Assembly (NCBI GenBank): GCA_014859345.1
Contig: JACUUL010000005.1
Span: 1,072 to 65,071 of the forward strand
Origin: Thermoleophilia bacterium
Lineage (GTDB): Bacteria; Actinomycetota; Thermoleophilia; BMS3ABIN01
Length of the DNA stretch: 64,000 bases
Direction: 5' to 3'
Shown here: positions 1 through 9,423 of the stretch, piece by piece
Layout: each line of letters opens with the position of its first letter
How positions within the stretch are numbered: the first letter of the stretch is position 1
Notes under the pieces: model-generated
The model's database searches: none
Told to the model about the DNA's origin: nothing
The model's input: only the letters and a program-made list of their open reading frames with translations
Program-made: the position numbers and the translations under genes

Positions 1-37
1 TCACCTGTCCGGCCGCGGCGTCTTTCTTTCGAAGCCC

Positions 38-1048
38 TTGATATTCCCCCCTGTGAAAATCTCAGCCGTCGGCACATACGTGCCGGAACGGGTCATGACC
101 AATGATGAGCTGTCGCTCAGCCTCGACACTTCTGACGAGTGGATATCCTCCCGCAGCGGCATCCGCGAGCGCCACATCGCGGAGAACGGACAGGCGGCGT
201 CCGATATGGGCGCGATTGCAGCGCGGCGGGCCTTGGCGGCGGCGGAAGCCAGTCCCGGCGACATCGATCTGATCATCGTCGCCAGCCTTTCACCGGACAT
301 GATTTTCCCGCCCACCGCCTCTTTCATATCTGGCGCGATAGGGGCCAACGGGACACCGGCCTTTGACCTCTCCGCCGCTTGCACCGGATTCATTTACGCC
401 CTGGCGGCCGGAAGCTCATTTATTGCTTCAGGACAGGCAGAGAGAGTGCTGGTAGTGGGTGCGGAGGCGGTGTCCAAGATGATAGACTGGGCGGACCGCT
501 CCACGGCGGTCCTTTTTGGGGATGGCGCCGGGGCGGTGCTGCTGGAGCCGGCCTCCGGGGAAGGAGAGGGCATAATAGGCTTCGACCTGGGAAATGATCC
601 CGAGGGGGCGGATCTGCTTGATTTGCCGGCGGGAGGGTCCCGCCTGCCGGCGAGCCGGGAAACGATTGAGAATCGCCTGCATTTTCTGAAAATGAACGGA
701 CGTGAGGTTTTCAAATTTGCCACCAGGATCATAGTATCCTCCGCGAGAAAGGTGCTGGCCGAACACGGGCTGCGGGTGGAGGACGTCGACCTCTTCGTGC
801 CCCATCAGGCGAATATACGCATCATTGATACCGCGGCGAGGAAGCTGGGCATTCCCCCGGAGCGGGTCTTTTCCAACCTTGAGCGGTATGGCAATACTTC
901 CTGCGCCTCGATTCCGCTTTGCCTGGACGAGGCAGCGGCCGCGGGCCGCCTGGGAGGCGGCAGCCTGGCCCTCATGGTGGGATTCGGAGCGGGACTGTCC
1001 TGGGGGTCATGCCTGGCTCGGTTTGACGAACTGAAAAGGGCTACCTGA
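38..1048 (+). CDS. fabH: 3-oxoacyl-ACP synthase III
   Basis: AACTGF catalytic Cys, VPHQAN His, GNTS Asn, LFGDGAGA motif; exact start uncertain. Confidence 0.95.
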   Translation: MIFPPVKISAVGTYVPERVMTNDELSLSLDTSDEWISSRSGIRERHIAENGQAASDMGAIAARRALAAAEASPGDIDLIIVASLSPDMIFPPTASFISGAIGANGTPAFDLSAACTGFIYALAAGSSFIASGQAERVLVVGAEAVSKMIDWADRSTAVLFGDGAGAVLLEPASGEGEGIIGFDLGNDPEGADLLDLPAGGSRLPASRETIENRLHFLKMNGREVFKFATRIIVSSARKVLAEHGLRVEDVDLFVPHQANIRIIDTAARKLGIPPERVFSNLERYGNTSCASIPLCLDEAAAAGRLGGGSLALMVGFGAGLSWGSCLARFDELKRAT

Positions 1049-1179
1049 GGCATCATCCGGCACTCCGGCTTAAGCAATGCAAGCGCGACACGACTTTAAT
1101 ATGCCGAAGATCTCGAACGTCAGGCTCTTCGCCACGCAGGTCTTCAACCTGACAAGTGGAACGAGAACTGGAGGATGCG

Positions 1180-2142
1180 ATGCCTAACCGCATCTGCGAG
1201 CTGCTCGATATAGACCATCCCATCATCCAGGGCGGCATGACCTGGGTAAGCGATGCTTCCCTGGCGGCAGCCGTCTCAAACGGAGGCGGCCTGGGAATCA
1301 TCGGCGCCGGAGCCATGCCGGCCGACGTGCTGCGTGAGGAGATTGGCAAGGCCCGCACGCTTACCGACAGGCCATATGGCGTCAACCTGATAATGATCAC
1401 CCCCAATCTTGACGAACAGCTGGAGGTGGTTGTGCGGGAACGGCCGCCAGTGGTCTCACTGGGCGCCATTCAGAGTACGTCGGTAATACCGGTGCTAAAG
1501 GAGGCCGGCATCAAGGTCGTGCCCGTCGTGGCGGCCGTATCCATGGCCCGGCGCTGCCAGCAGCAGGGCGCCGACGCCATTGTCGCAGAGGGCGCGGAAG
1601 CAGGGGGGCACATAGGAGAGACTACCACCATGGTTCTGACACCGCTGGTGGCCAGAGCGGTGGAGGTGCCGGTGGTGGCGGCCGGCGGGATCGTGGACGG
1701 CGCCAGCCTGGTGGCCGCGTTCGTTCTGGGTGCGGAAGGCGTCCAGATGGGCACCCGCTTCGTCTGCGCAACCGAATGCACCGTGCACGAAGCTGTCAAG
1801 GAGAAGTTTGTTAAATCCGGAGACCGGGCCACGGTTGTGACCGCGCGCTCCATCGGCTACCCCGTCCGCTCCTTAAAAAACAAGCTCGCCAAGCTCTACG
1901 ACGAGTGGGAAAAGAAATTCATAGCGAGCGAGTGCACCGCCATGGAAGTGGAGAACCTGGGGCTGGGCAAGCTGCGCGAGGCCATGCGCGAAGGCAACGT
2001 CAGGGACGGTTCCATGATGGCAGGCCAGTGCGTGGCCCTGGTGGAGAACGTGCAGCCGGCGGCGGAGATTATAGCCGGGATCATCGCTGAGGCGGAGCAG
2101 GTGGCCGGGGAGCTGCCGGCCAGGCTGGTGCTCAGGAGATAA
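1180..2142 (+). CDS. fabK: enoyl-ACP reductase II (FabK / nitronate monooxygenase family)
   Basis: PIIQGGM, EAGGHIG, AAGGI, GVQMGTRF motifs; located in fab cluster; GGAGG SD before ATG 1180. Confidence 0.88.
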   Translation: MPNRICELLDIDHPIIQGGMTWVSDASLAAAVSNGGGLGIIGAGAMPADVLREEIGKARTLTDRPYGVNLIMITPNLDEQLEVVVRERPPVVSLGAIQSTSVIPVLKEAGIKVVPVVAAVSMARRCQQQGADAIVAEGAEAGGHIGETTTMVLTPLVARAVEVPVVAAGGIVDGASLVAAFVLGAEGVQMGTRFVCATECTVHEAVKEKFVKSGDRATVVTARSIGYPVRSLKNKLAKLYDEWEKKFIASECTAMEVENLGLGKLREAMREGNVRDGSMMAGQCVALVENVQPAAEIIAGIIAEAEQVAGELPARLVLRR

Positions 2143-2222
2143 AGGGCCTATGGCGGGAATCTTTGAACCAGACAACGATACGGGCGCGCAGGGCGGCAGG
2201 CCGGCGGTGAGCGCGTAGAGTC

Positions 2223-3140
2223 ATGGGCAAGCTGGCGTTGGTATTTCCCGGCCAGGGCTCCCAGGCGGTTGGCATGGGGGTGGAAATGGCCTTAAAGTAT
2301 GAGTCTGCTGCGGAGGTTTATCAGCGCGCTGACCGGTCGCTGGGCTGGAATATAAGCGACCTCAGTTTTTCGGGCCCCGCCGAGAAATTGAACCTGACGG
2401 AAAACGCCCAGCCGGCGCTTTATGTCAACAGCCTGGCTGCCATGGCGGTGCTCAGGGAAAAGGGCATCCGGGCTGATGTTGTTTCCGGCCACAGCCTCGG
2501 AGAGTACAGCGCCCTGGCTGCTGCGGGCGCGGTCGGGTTCGAAGAAGGACTGAAACTTGTGCGGCGGCGGGGAGAGATCATGGGAAGGACGGCCGCGGAG
2601 CGCCCCGGCTCGATGGCGGCCATCCTGGGCCTCGAGGACAGGCAGGTAGAGGAGATTTGTTCGCGGACGGGGAGAGTCTGGCCGGTCAATTACAACTCCC
2701 CGGGCCAGCTGGTGGTCAGCGGCGAGGCCGAAGCGGTGCAGGCTGCCATGCAGGCTGCGGAGGATGCGGGGGCCCGAAAAACGGTGAGACTGGCGGTTGG
2801 CGGCTCGTTTCACAGCCCGCTCATGCAGGCCGCCTCTGAAGAAATGGAGGAGCTGCTAAAGGAAACCCGGTTTGCCGAACCGGCGCCGCCGTTTCTTTCA
2901 TCGATAAGCTGCGGCTACGAGGGCGCCGCCGCCCTGGCAGGCCTGCTCACCCGACAGATCGTGGCTCCCGTGCGCTGGCGCCAGGCGGTGGAGAAGCTGG
3001 TCGCCGATGGAGTCGACCGCTTTATCGAGGCAGGCAGCGGCAAGGTGCTTTGCGGGCTGATAAAGAGAATCAGCCCGGATGTTGCCGCGGTAAACGTCTC
3101 GGATGAGGCCAGCCTCAAGAAGGCGATGGCCACGGTATAG
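2223..3140 (+). CDS. fabD: malonyl-CoA:ACP transacylase
   Basis: FPGQGSQ, GHSLGEY, FHSPLM motifs. Confidence 0.96.
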   Translation: MGKLALVFPGQGSQAVGMGVEMALKYESAAEVYQRADRSLGWNISDLSFSGPAEKLNLTENAQPALYVNSLAAMAVLREKGIRADVVSGHSLGEYSALAAAGAVGFEEGLKLVRRRGEIMGRTAAERPGSMAAILGLEDRQVEEICSRTGRVWPVNYNSPGQLVVSGEAEAVQAAMQAAEDAGARKTVRLAVGGSFHSPLMQAASEEMEELLKETRFAEPAPPFLSSISCGYEGAAALAGLLTRQIVAPVRWRQAVEKLVADGVDRFIEAGSGKVLCGLIKRISPDVAAVNVSDEASLKKAMATV

Positions 3141-3183
3141 AGACTCCTGTTTACTGCCAGATTAATCTATCAAAGGACGGGAA

Positions 3184-3951
3184 TTGAACACTGGTGACGA
3201 AACTCGCAGCACGCTCGAGGGCCAGGTGGCCCTGGTCACCGGCTCGGCAAGAGGCATAGGCCGCGCCACGATCGAGGCGCTGGCGGCGGCCGGGGCCGCC
3301 GTGGCCATAAACGATCTAGGGAACATGACAGGCGCCCAAAAGCTGGCGGCCGGCCTGGGCGAAGAGGGGGTCAAGGCCACGGCCTACGAAGCTGACATAT
3401 CCGATGCCGGCCAGGTGAAGGCCATGATCGAGCATGTGGAAAATGAGCTGGGAGGGATTTCCATACTGGTAAACAACGCCGGCATCACCCGCGACGGTCT
3501 GGTGATGCGTATGAGCGAAGCCGACTTTGACGCTGTTATCGCCACCCACCTTCGCGGATCATTTCTCTGCTGCAAGGCGGTCGCCCGGGGCATGATGAAA
3601 GCCCGGGGCGGCGTCATCATCAACATGGCCAGCGTCGTCGGCAGGCGCGGCAATCCCGGCCAGGCAAATTATGCCGCCGCCAAGGCCGGCATCATCGGCC
3701 TCACCAAATCACTGGCGCGTGAATTGGGGCCGCGCGGCGTCAGGGTAAACGCGGTGGCCCCGGGCTACGTGGCCACCGAAATGACCGCGGCTCTATCGGA
3801 AGCGCAACAGGAGTCCATCCTGAAAAATACGCCTCTGGGCCGGCTGGCTACGCCGGAGGAGGTGGCCGGCGTCATAGCTTTTCTGGCTTCACCTGCGGCT
3901 TCCTATATCACTGGAGCAGTGATTCCGGTAGATGGAGGACTGGGTATATGA
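3184..3951 (+). CDS. fabG: 3-oxoacyl-ACP reductase
   Basis: TGSARGIG, NNAGITRD, YAAAK SDR motifs; fab context. Confidence 0.95.
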   Translation: MNTGDETRSTLEGQVALVTGSARGIGRATIEALAAAGAAVAINDLGNMTGAQKLAAGLGEEGVKATAYEADISDAGQVKAMIEHVENELGGISILVNNAGITRDGLVMRMSEADFDAVIATHLRGSFLCCKAVARGMMKARGGVIINMASVVGRRGNPGQANYAAAKAGIIGLTKSLARELGPRGVRVNAVAPGYVATEMTAALSEAQQESILKNTPLGRLATPEEVAGVIAFLASPAASYITGAVIPVDGGLGI

Positions 3952-3998
3952 AAACATTGCAGATTTGCAGACTGGTTCTTCATGGAGAGAGATAAAAA

Positions 3999-5234
3999 AT
4001 GAGCGGCCGCCGCGTGGCCATAACAGGAATTGGCGTGATTTCGCCGCTGGGCATCGGTCTGGAAACCTTTTGGGATGCGCTGGTGTCGGGCAGGTCTGGC
4101 GCTGGTCCCATCACCCAGTTTGACGCGTCCGAATTCCGCGTGCGCATCGCCGCGGAAGTCAAGGATTTCGATCCTGCGGAATGGATGGAAAAAAAGAAGG
4201 CTCGCCGCATGGACCGGTTCGCGCAGTACTCGGTGGCCGCGGCCAGGATGGCCGTGGAGGACGCCTCCCTGGATGTCGCCGGGGACGCTGAAAAAATCGG
4301 CGCCATGGTAGCCAGCGGCATAGGCGGGGTAAAAACCTTTGAGAAGGAGACCGGAAACCTGATCAGAAAGGGGCCGGACCGGGTTAGCCCCCTGTTCATC
4401 CCCATGGAGATCGCAAATATGGCCTCCGCGCAAGTATCCATCGAGCTGGGCGTCAAGGGACCGGTAAGCACCGTATGCACGGCATGCGCCGCCGGCAACA
4501 ACGCCATCGGCGACGCGTTCGAGATAGTCAAGCGCGGCGCGGCCGACGTCATGCTGGCCGGGGGCAGCGAAGCCTCGGTGTCGCCCGTAGGAATAGCCGC
4601 CTTTGCCGCCATGCGGGCCTTGTCGGAAAGGAATGACGAACCTGAGCGGGCGAGCCGGCCCTTTGACCGCGACCGAGACGGTTTTGTCATGGGCGAAGGA
4701 GCGGCCATTCTGGTGCTGGAGGAAATGGAGAGAGCCAAAGACCGGGGCGCACGAATCTACGCGGAGATTTCCGGTTACGGCATGAGCTCGGACGCGTATC
4801 ACATCAGCGCCCCGGAGCCCGGAGGAGAAAATGCGGCCCGGGCCATGACTGCGGCGCTAAAGGAAGCGCAGCTATCAGCCGCGGACCTCGACTATATCAA
4901 CGCTCACGGCACCTCTACCCCGCTGGGCGACGAGATCGAGACGCGAGTGATCAGGACGGCCCTCGGAGAGCACGCGGACAGGGTGGCTGTCAGCTCAACC
5001 AAGTCAATGACAGGGCACTGCTTGGGGGCGGCCGGGGCGCTGGAGGCGGCGGTGTGCGTTCTGGCAATCGAGCGTGGAGTCATTCCCCCGACCATAAATC
5101 TCGACAATCCCTGTCCAGGATGCGACCTGGATTATGTCCCCAATCAGGCCAGGGAACGGCAGGTCACGGTGGCGGCATCCAACTCCTTCGGTTTTGGCGG
5201 CCACAACGTTACCCTCATCTTTCGCGCTCACTGA
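3999..5234 (+). CDS. fabF: 3-oxoacyl-ACP synthase II
   Basis: TACAAG Cys, NAHGTST, KSMTGH, NSFGFGG. Confidence 0.96.
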   Translation: MSGRRVAITGIGVISPLGIGLETFWDALVSGRSGAGPITQFDASEFRVRIAAEVKDFDPAEWMEKKKARRMDRFAQYSVAAARMAVEDASLDVAGDAEKIGAMVASGIGGVKTFEKETGNLIRKGPDRVSPLFIPMEIANMASAQVSIELGVKGPVSTVCTACAAGNNAIGDAFEIVKRGAADVMLAGGSEASVSPVGIAAFAAMRALSERNDEPERASRPFDRDRDGFVMGEGAAILVLEEMERAKDRGARIYAEISGYGMSSDAYHISAPEPGGENAARAMTAALKEAQLSAADLDYINAHGTSTPLGDEIETRVIRTALGEHADRVAVSSTKSMTGHCLGAAGALEAAVCVLAIERGVIPPTINLDNPCPGCDLDYVPNQARERQVTVAASNSFGFGGHNVTLIFRAH

Positions 5235-5247
5235 GCCTGAGATTGTC

Positions 5248-6195
5248 ATGGCACATGTCTCCGTCGACATCAGCAGACGCAACGGCACTCCGGACGCTGT
5301 TGGCTGTCCCTCCTGCAAGGAGCTCCTCAACAGGGCCGAGCTGGCGAAAAATCTCCAGGTCTGCCACCATTGCGGCCATCACTTCCGAGTCGGTGCCCGG
5401 GAACGAGTCGGGCAGCTTGCCGACGTCGGCACATGGTCCGAGATCGCCGGAAGCCTGCGCTCGGCAGATCCACTTGAATTTTACGATCTCAGGCCTTACC
5501 CCGAGCGAATCGAGGAGGCCGAGTACGATACCGGCCTTTCCGAAGCCATCCTGGTTGGGACCTGCAAGCTTCACAAGATGGATGTCGTGCTCGCGGCCAT
5601 GGATTTCGCTTTTTTAGGAGGAAGCATGGGCAGCGTCGTCGGCGAAAGGTTCTGGCGGGCGGCCGAGACCGCAGCGGAGTCCCGCTTTCCACTTGTCGTG
5701 GTGTGTGCTTCAGGCGGCGCCCGCATGCAGGAAGGCATCCTCTCGTTGATGCAGATGGCCAAGACCACCTGCGCGGTGGAGATGTTGGGCGAGGTGCCGG
5801 TCCCCTTCGTAACGGTGCTTACCCATCCCACTACCGGCGGAGTGATGGCAAGCTTCGCCACGCTCGCCGATGTCATCATCTCGGAGCCCGGGGCCCTCCT
5901 TTGTTTCACAGGACCCCGCGTCATCGAGCAGACGGTCAAGGAGGCGCTGCCGGAAGACTTCGGCAGGGCTGAGTCCAACCTGGCTCATGGCCAGATCGAC
6001 ATGATTGTATCCCGTCCGGAGCTCAAAGACCGGCTCGTGCAAATACTGGGCATGATGGAAGGGGGTGTCGCCTGTGCCCTCGAACCGATCTGGGAAGCAG
6101 AAGCGCGCCGTGGAAGACGAGGAGGGCCGTTTGCGGAAGCGCTTAAGCGAATTAAAGCGCTTGCCAACCCTTCCGGGCGTCCATCTAAAAGATGA
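5248..6195 (+). CDS. accD: acetyl-CoA carboxylase carboxyltransferase beta subunit
   Basis: CxxC...CxxC zinc finger, GGSMGSVVGE, SGGARMQEG; start set to ATG 5248 after the fabF stop. Confidence 0.93.
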   Translation: MAHVSVDISRRNGTPDAVGCPSCKELLNRAELAKNLQVCHHCGHHFRVGARERVGQLADVGTWSEIAGSLRSADPLEFYDLRPYPERIEEAEYDTGLSEAILVGTCKLHKMDVVLAAMDFAFLGGSMGSVVGERFWRAAETAAESRFPLVVVCASGGARMQEGILSLMQMAKTTCAVEMLGEVPVPFVTVLTHPTTGGVMASFATLADVIISEPGALLCFTGPRVIEQTVKEALPEDFGRAESNLAHGQIDMIVSRPELKDRLVQILGMMEGGVACALEPIWEAEARRGRRGGPFAEALKRIKALANPSGRPSKR

Positions 6196-7063
6196 AATAA
6201 CAAAAATTAGCCAGCGCATTAAGGAGCTGGGCAGCGGCCGGCGTGTCGACAGGCATGTCTGGGACAAGGTGGAGCTGGCCAGGCATCCCAAGCGGCCCTA
6301 CTCTCTCGATTACATCCAGCATATGTTTTCCGGCTTCATCGAGTTGCGCGGAGACAGGCTTTTCGCGGACGACCCGGCCATCATCGGGGGGCTGGCCTCC
6401 TATCATGGCCGCACCATAATGGTTGTCGGCCACCAGAAGGGCAGGGATCTGGCGGCACGGACACGCCGCAACTTTGGCATGCCGCGGCCGGAAGGATACC
6501 GCAAGGCCCAGCGGCTGATGAATCTGGCCAGCAAATTCGGCATCCCGGTCCTTACTCTGATAGACACTCCGGGCGCTTATCCGGGAGTGGCTGCCGAAGA
6601 GCGCGGCCAGGGCGGCGCCATCTCCAGCACCCTTATGTGCATGGCGCGCCTGGACGTGCCTACTGTTTCGGTGATAATTGGAGAGGGAGGGAGTGGCGGC
6701 GCTTTGGCCCTGGCCCTGACTGACCGGGTGCTGATGCTGGAAAACTCGATCTATTCGGTTATCTCCCCCGAGTCTTGCGCCGCAATCCTCTGGAAGGACT
6801 CCGATGAGGCGCAGCTGGCGGCCCAGACGCTCAGGCTAACGTCTGCTGAACTGCTGGATCTCGAAATCATCGATGGAGTACTCCCGGAGCCGCGCGGCGG
6901 CGCCCATCGCGATCACGCATCAGCCGCGCGCATCCTGAAGGATGCTCTTGAGGAAAACCTGCGGGACCTGGAAACGGCGCATCCGCGGCGAAGAAAAAAA
7001 GAGCGCCACGAAAAGTTCAGAAGGATGGGGGTCTGGCGGGAACACGGCCTGACGCTCTTTTAG
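6074..7063 (+). CDS. accA: acetyl-CoA carboxylase carboxyltransferase alpha subunit
   Basis: ARHPKRP, GHQKGRD, DTPGAYPG, GEGGSGGA; likely GTG 6074 after AAGGGGGT SD-like sequence; overlaps accD. Confidence 0.93.
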   Translation: MPSNRSGKQKRAVEDEEGRLRKRLSELKRLPTLPGVHLKDEITKISQRIKELGSGRRVDRHVWDKVELARHPKRPYSLDYIQHMFSGFIELRGDRLFADDPAIIGGLASYHGRTIMVVGHQKGRDLAARTRRNFGMPRPEGYRKAQRLMNLASKFGIPVLTLIDTPGAYPGVAAEERGQGGAISSTLMCMARLDVPTVSVIIGEGGSGGALALALTDRVLMLENSIYSVISPESCAAILWKDSDEAQLAAQTLRLTSAELLDLEIIDGVLPEPRGGAHRDHASAARILKDALEENLRDLETAHPRRRKKERHEKFRRMGVWREHGLTLF

Positions 7064-7123
7064 GAGCCGGCTTTTAGCAAGCTGTCGGAAATCCGCGCCT
7101 CAGCTGGCAGCGACAGCCGGCGC

Positions 7124-7603
7124 TTAAACCACATCGCTGTTCCCGATCTCCCGGTCGTGATAATCATGATAAGCAAAATAGCCGGCTATCTCTCCCGAGA
7201 TGAACGCGTCTCCCAGCCGGTTCAGGGTCAGAATTCCCTGAAGCAGCTGGTTCTCCTCCCAGCTGTCGACCGCGAGCAGGTGGTTTATCAGGGTTTCCTC
7301 CAGCGCTCGCCGCAGGGCCATGCCGGTGGATATGATATCCGGAAGGCCGAATCCGACGGCACTTCGCCGATAAGACGTCTCCTGGGCGGCTGACCGCACC
7401 CGGCGGAGGACATCAGTACGCTGATATTCCTCGGCCTCGAAAAAAGCGATTGTGAGCGACAGCAGGCCGGAGGCGAAGTTCGTCCCCATGGATGTTTTAA
7501 GCATCTGCTCGAAGTCCTCGGCGATAATGCCGTTCAGATTATCGAGCCAGCGCCTGATGACCTCTTCCTGATTTTCTCTGAGGGTATTTGCAAGTAAATA
7601 CAT
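7124..7603 (-). CDS. stand-alone RsbRD N-terminal-like helical protein (hypothetical)
   Basis: 'LANTLRENQEEVIRRWLD' N-terminus resembles RsbRD_N domains; ATG at 7603; the longer track ORF overlaps larB. Confidence 0.6.
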   Translation of the reverse strand: MYLLANTLRENQEEVIRRWLDNLNGIIAEDFEQMLKTSMGTNFASGLLSLTIAFFEAEEYQRTDVLRRVRSAAQETSYRRSAVGFGLPDIISTGMALRRALEETLINHLLAVDSWEENQLLQGILTLNRLGDAFISGEIAGYFAYHDYHDREIGNSDVV

Positions 7604-7704
7604 ATAAACGTCCCGGTCAGAGACTATTTTTGCTATCGGAGGATAGATGCAGAAACTTAATTTGCAGGGAAAACAGGAGCCATGCGAGGGCGCGCCCCGG
7701 AGTG

Positions 7705-8469
7705 TTAAACGGCTTGGTTGGCGATGAGCGCGGCGGTCGCGCCTGCCCCGATGCCGTTGTCGATGTTCACCGCGACCAGTCCGGGACAGCAGCTCTGCAG
7801 CATTGAAAGCAGGGCAGTTACGCCTTCGCCACCCAGACCGTAGCCGGTTGAGGTGGGCAAGCCTATAACCGGGACGGCAACCAGGCCGGCAACCACCGAC
7901 GGCAGCGCCCCCTCCATCCCCGCCGCCACGATCATCACAGCCACTCCCGCGTCCACCATTTCGCTGAGAGGTTCCGCCAGCCGGTGCACGCCGGCGACCC
8001 CGACGTCGTAAGCCCTGAACACATCGCAACCCATCTCTTCAGCCATTATTCGGGCCTGCTCGGCTACGGCCACATCGGCAGTGCCGGCCGTGAGAATGCC
8101 CACTTTGCCGCCCCCGGCAGGTTTTTCATAGTCACGGCCTCTCACGACCAGTGTTCCGGCCGCCTCGTTTCCAGCCGCCACCATGCCGTCGAATTCGGTG
8201 GCCAGATCTTGCCAGCCCTCCCTGTCGAGGCCGCTGATGATGGCCCTGCCGGAGTGTTCAATCAGGCCGGCCGATATCTTCCTGACCTGTTCGGCTGATT
8301 TACCCGGGGCATAGACGACCTCGGGCACGCCCTTGCGGCCGTGGCGGCCCAGGTCCAGGCGGGCGAACTCGCCGATGTGCGCTACTGAAAGCAGGGCCAG
8401 CCGGGAGTCAGCCTCGTCCAATGAAATTTCCCCCCGGGCCAGCTGGCCGAGTATCTCGCGTATCTTCAT
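7705..8469 (-). CDS. larB: nickel-pincer cofactor biosynthesis protein LarB (PurE-like)
   Basis: GVPEVVYAPGK, AGTAD, DVGVAGVHRL, AGMEGAL, PTSTGYG, VNIDNG. Confidence 0.92.
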   Translation of the reverse strand: MKIREILGQLARGEISLDEADSRLALLSVAHIGEFARLDLGRHGRKGVPEVVYAPGKSAEQVRKISAGLIEHSGRAIISGLDREGWQDLATEFDGMVAAGNEAAGTLVVRGRDYEKPAGGGKVGILTAGTADVAVAEQARIMAEEMGCDVFRAYDVGVAGVHRLAEPLSEMVDAGVAVMIVAAGMEGALPSVVAGLVAVPVIGLPTSTGYGLGGEGVTALLSMLQSCCPGLVAVNIDNGIGAGATAALIANQAV

Positions 8470-9311
8470 GCCCCCACCATCCTCAGCAGTTCCTGGCCGC
8501 TGCCGCCCAGGATAGCCTCCCGGTCCGCAGCCGGCAGGCCGGATTTTTCTATGTCCCCGAAGTAGCGGTCCATGGGAATGAGCGGGTAATCGCTGCCAAA
8601 GAGTATTTTTCGTGAGCCCACCGCCTCCGCCGCCAGGCGATATACGGAGGCGTCGTACAGGTAGGGACTGGCCGAACAGTCATACCAGACATTCGCCAGC
8701 GCCTCCCTGACGTCGGGCATCAGTTCGAAGAAGGCCAGGCCGCCACCCCAGTGGGAGTAAATCAGTCTCAGCTCCGGATGTCTCAACGCAAGGTTGTAGC
8801 CCTTGCGGGGGCTGGTGGGGCCCTTCCCCGGGTATTTGCGGCCCACCGGCTCGCTCAGATGGACCATGACCGGGAGATCGTGGGCAGCGGCGAACTCCCA
8901 GAACGGCTCCAGCCCTGCCTCATCGTCCAGGTCGAAATGTTGTCCCAGGGGCTTGAGCTCACCGACTCCCTTGAGGCCCAGGCCCAGGCAGCGATCGAGT
9001 TCCCTTATAGCTTCGGGATGCAGGGGAGGGACATTGGCCAAGCCAACCAGGCGCTCCGGATAACGCGCCGCGGCATCGGCAATATAGCTGTTGGTCTCGA
9101 CGTAAAGATCGAAGCTTTTCCAGGCGAAGCCGCACACCACCGCCCGGTCCACGCCGCAGCGGTCCATCTCCCCGATAAGCTCGGACACCCGTGCCATGCG
9201 GGCCTGGGGAGAGCCGTAGAGCCGGGCAAACCACTCCTCCCGGGCCAAATAGGCCTCGCGGTTGGCGATCACATCCGGCGAGAACACGTGAGTGTGGAAG
9301 TCGATGATCAT
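8466..9311 (-). CDS. amidohydrolase family (Amidohydro_2) protein
   Basis: IIDFHTH, GVGELK, HWGGG, LFGSDYP; 4-nt overlap with larB start. Confidence 0.88.
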   Translation of the reverse strand: MIIDFHTHVFSPDVIANREAYLAREEWFARLYGSPQARMARVSELIGEMDRCGVDRAVVCGFAWKSFDLYVETNSYIADAAARYPERLVGLANVPPLHPEAIRELDRCLGLGLKGVGELKPLGQHFDLDDEAGLEPFWEFAAAHDLPVMVHLSEPVGRKYPGKGPTSPRKGYNLALRHPELRLIYSHWGGGLAFFELMPDVREALANVWYDCSASPYLYDASVYRLAAEAVGSRKILFGSDYPLIPMDRYFGDIEKSGLPAADREAILGGSGQELLRMVGA

Positions 9312-9372
9312 TAGCTGGCGGCCAGCGTTGGAAATTCGGGCAATGACTCGACAGAGGAGGGCATCGCGCATG

Positions 9373-9410
9373 TTCCGCACCGCCTGGAGCACGGTCCAGG
9401 CGGTGCGGAA
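9373..9410. terminator. perfect 16-bp stem-loop downstream of the aldolase gene (terminator or mRNA-stabilising hairpin)
   Basis: TTCCGCACCGCCTGGA-GCACGG-TCCAGGCGGTGCGGAA; no U-tract. Confidence 0.55.
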
Positions 9411-9423
9411 GGACGAAACGGGT

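Noticed and set aside
3952..3998. acpP expected between fabG and fabF
   Set aside because: Spacer is only 47 bp; acpP, fabZ and accBC must lie outside the window.
7604..8029. N-terminal extension of the 301-aa track ORF
   Set aside because: Overlaps larB in another frame with Arg/Gly-rich shadow composition; ATG 7603 is more plausible.
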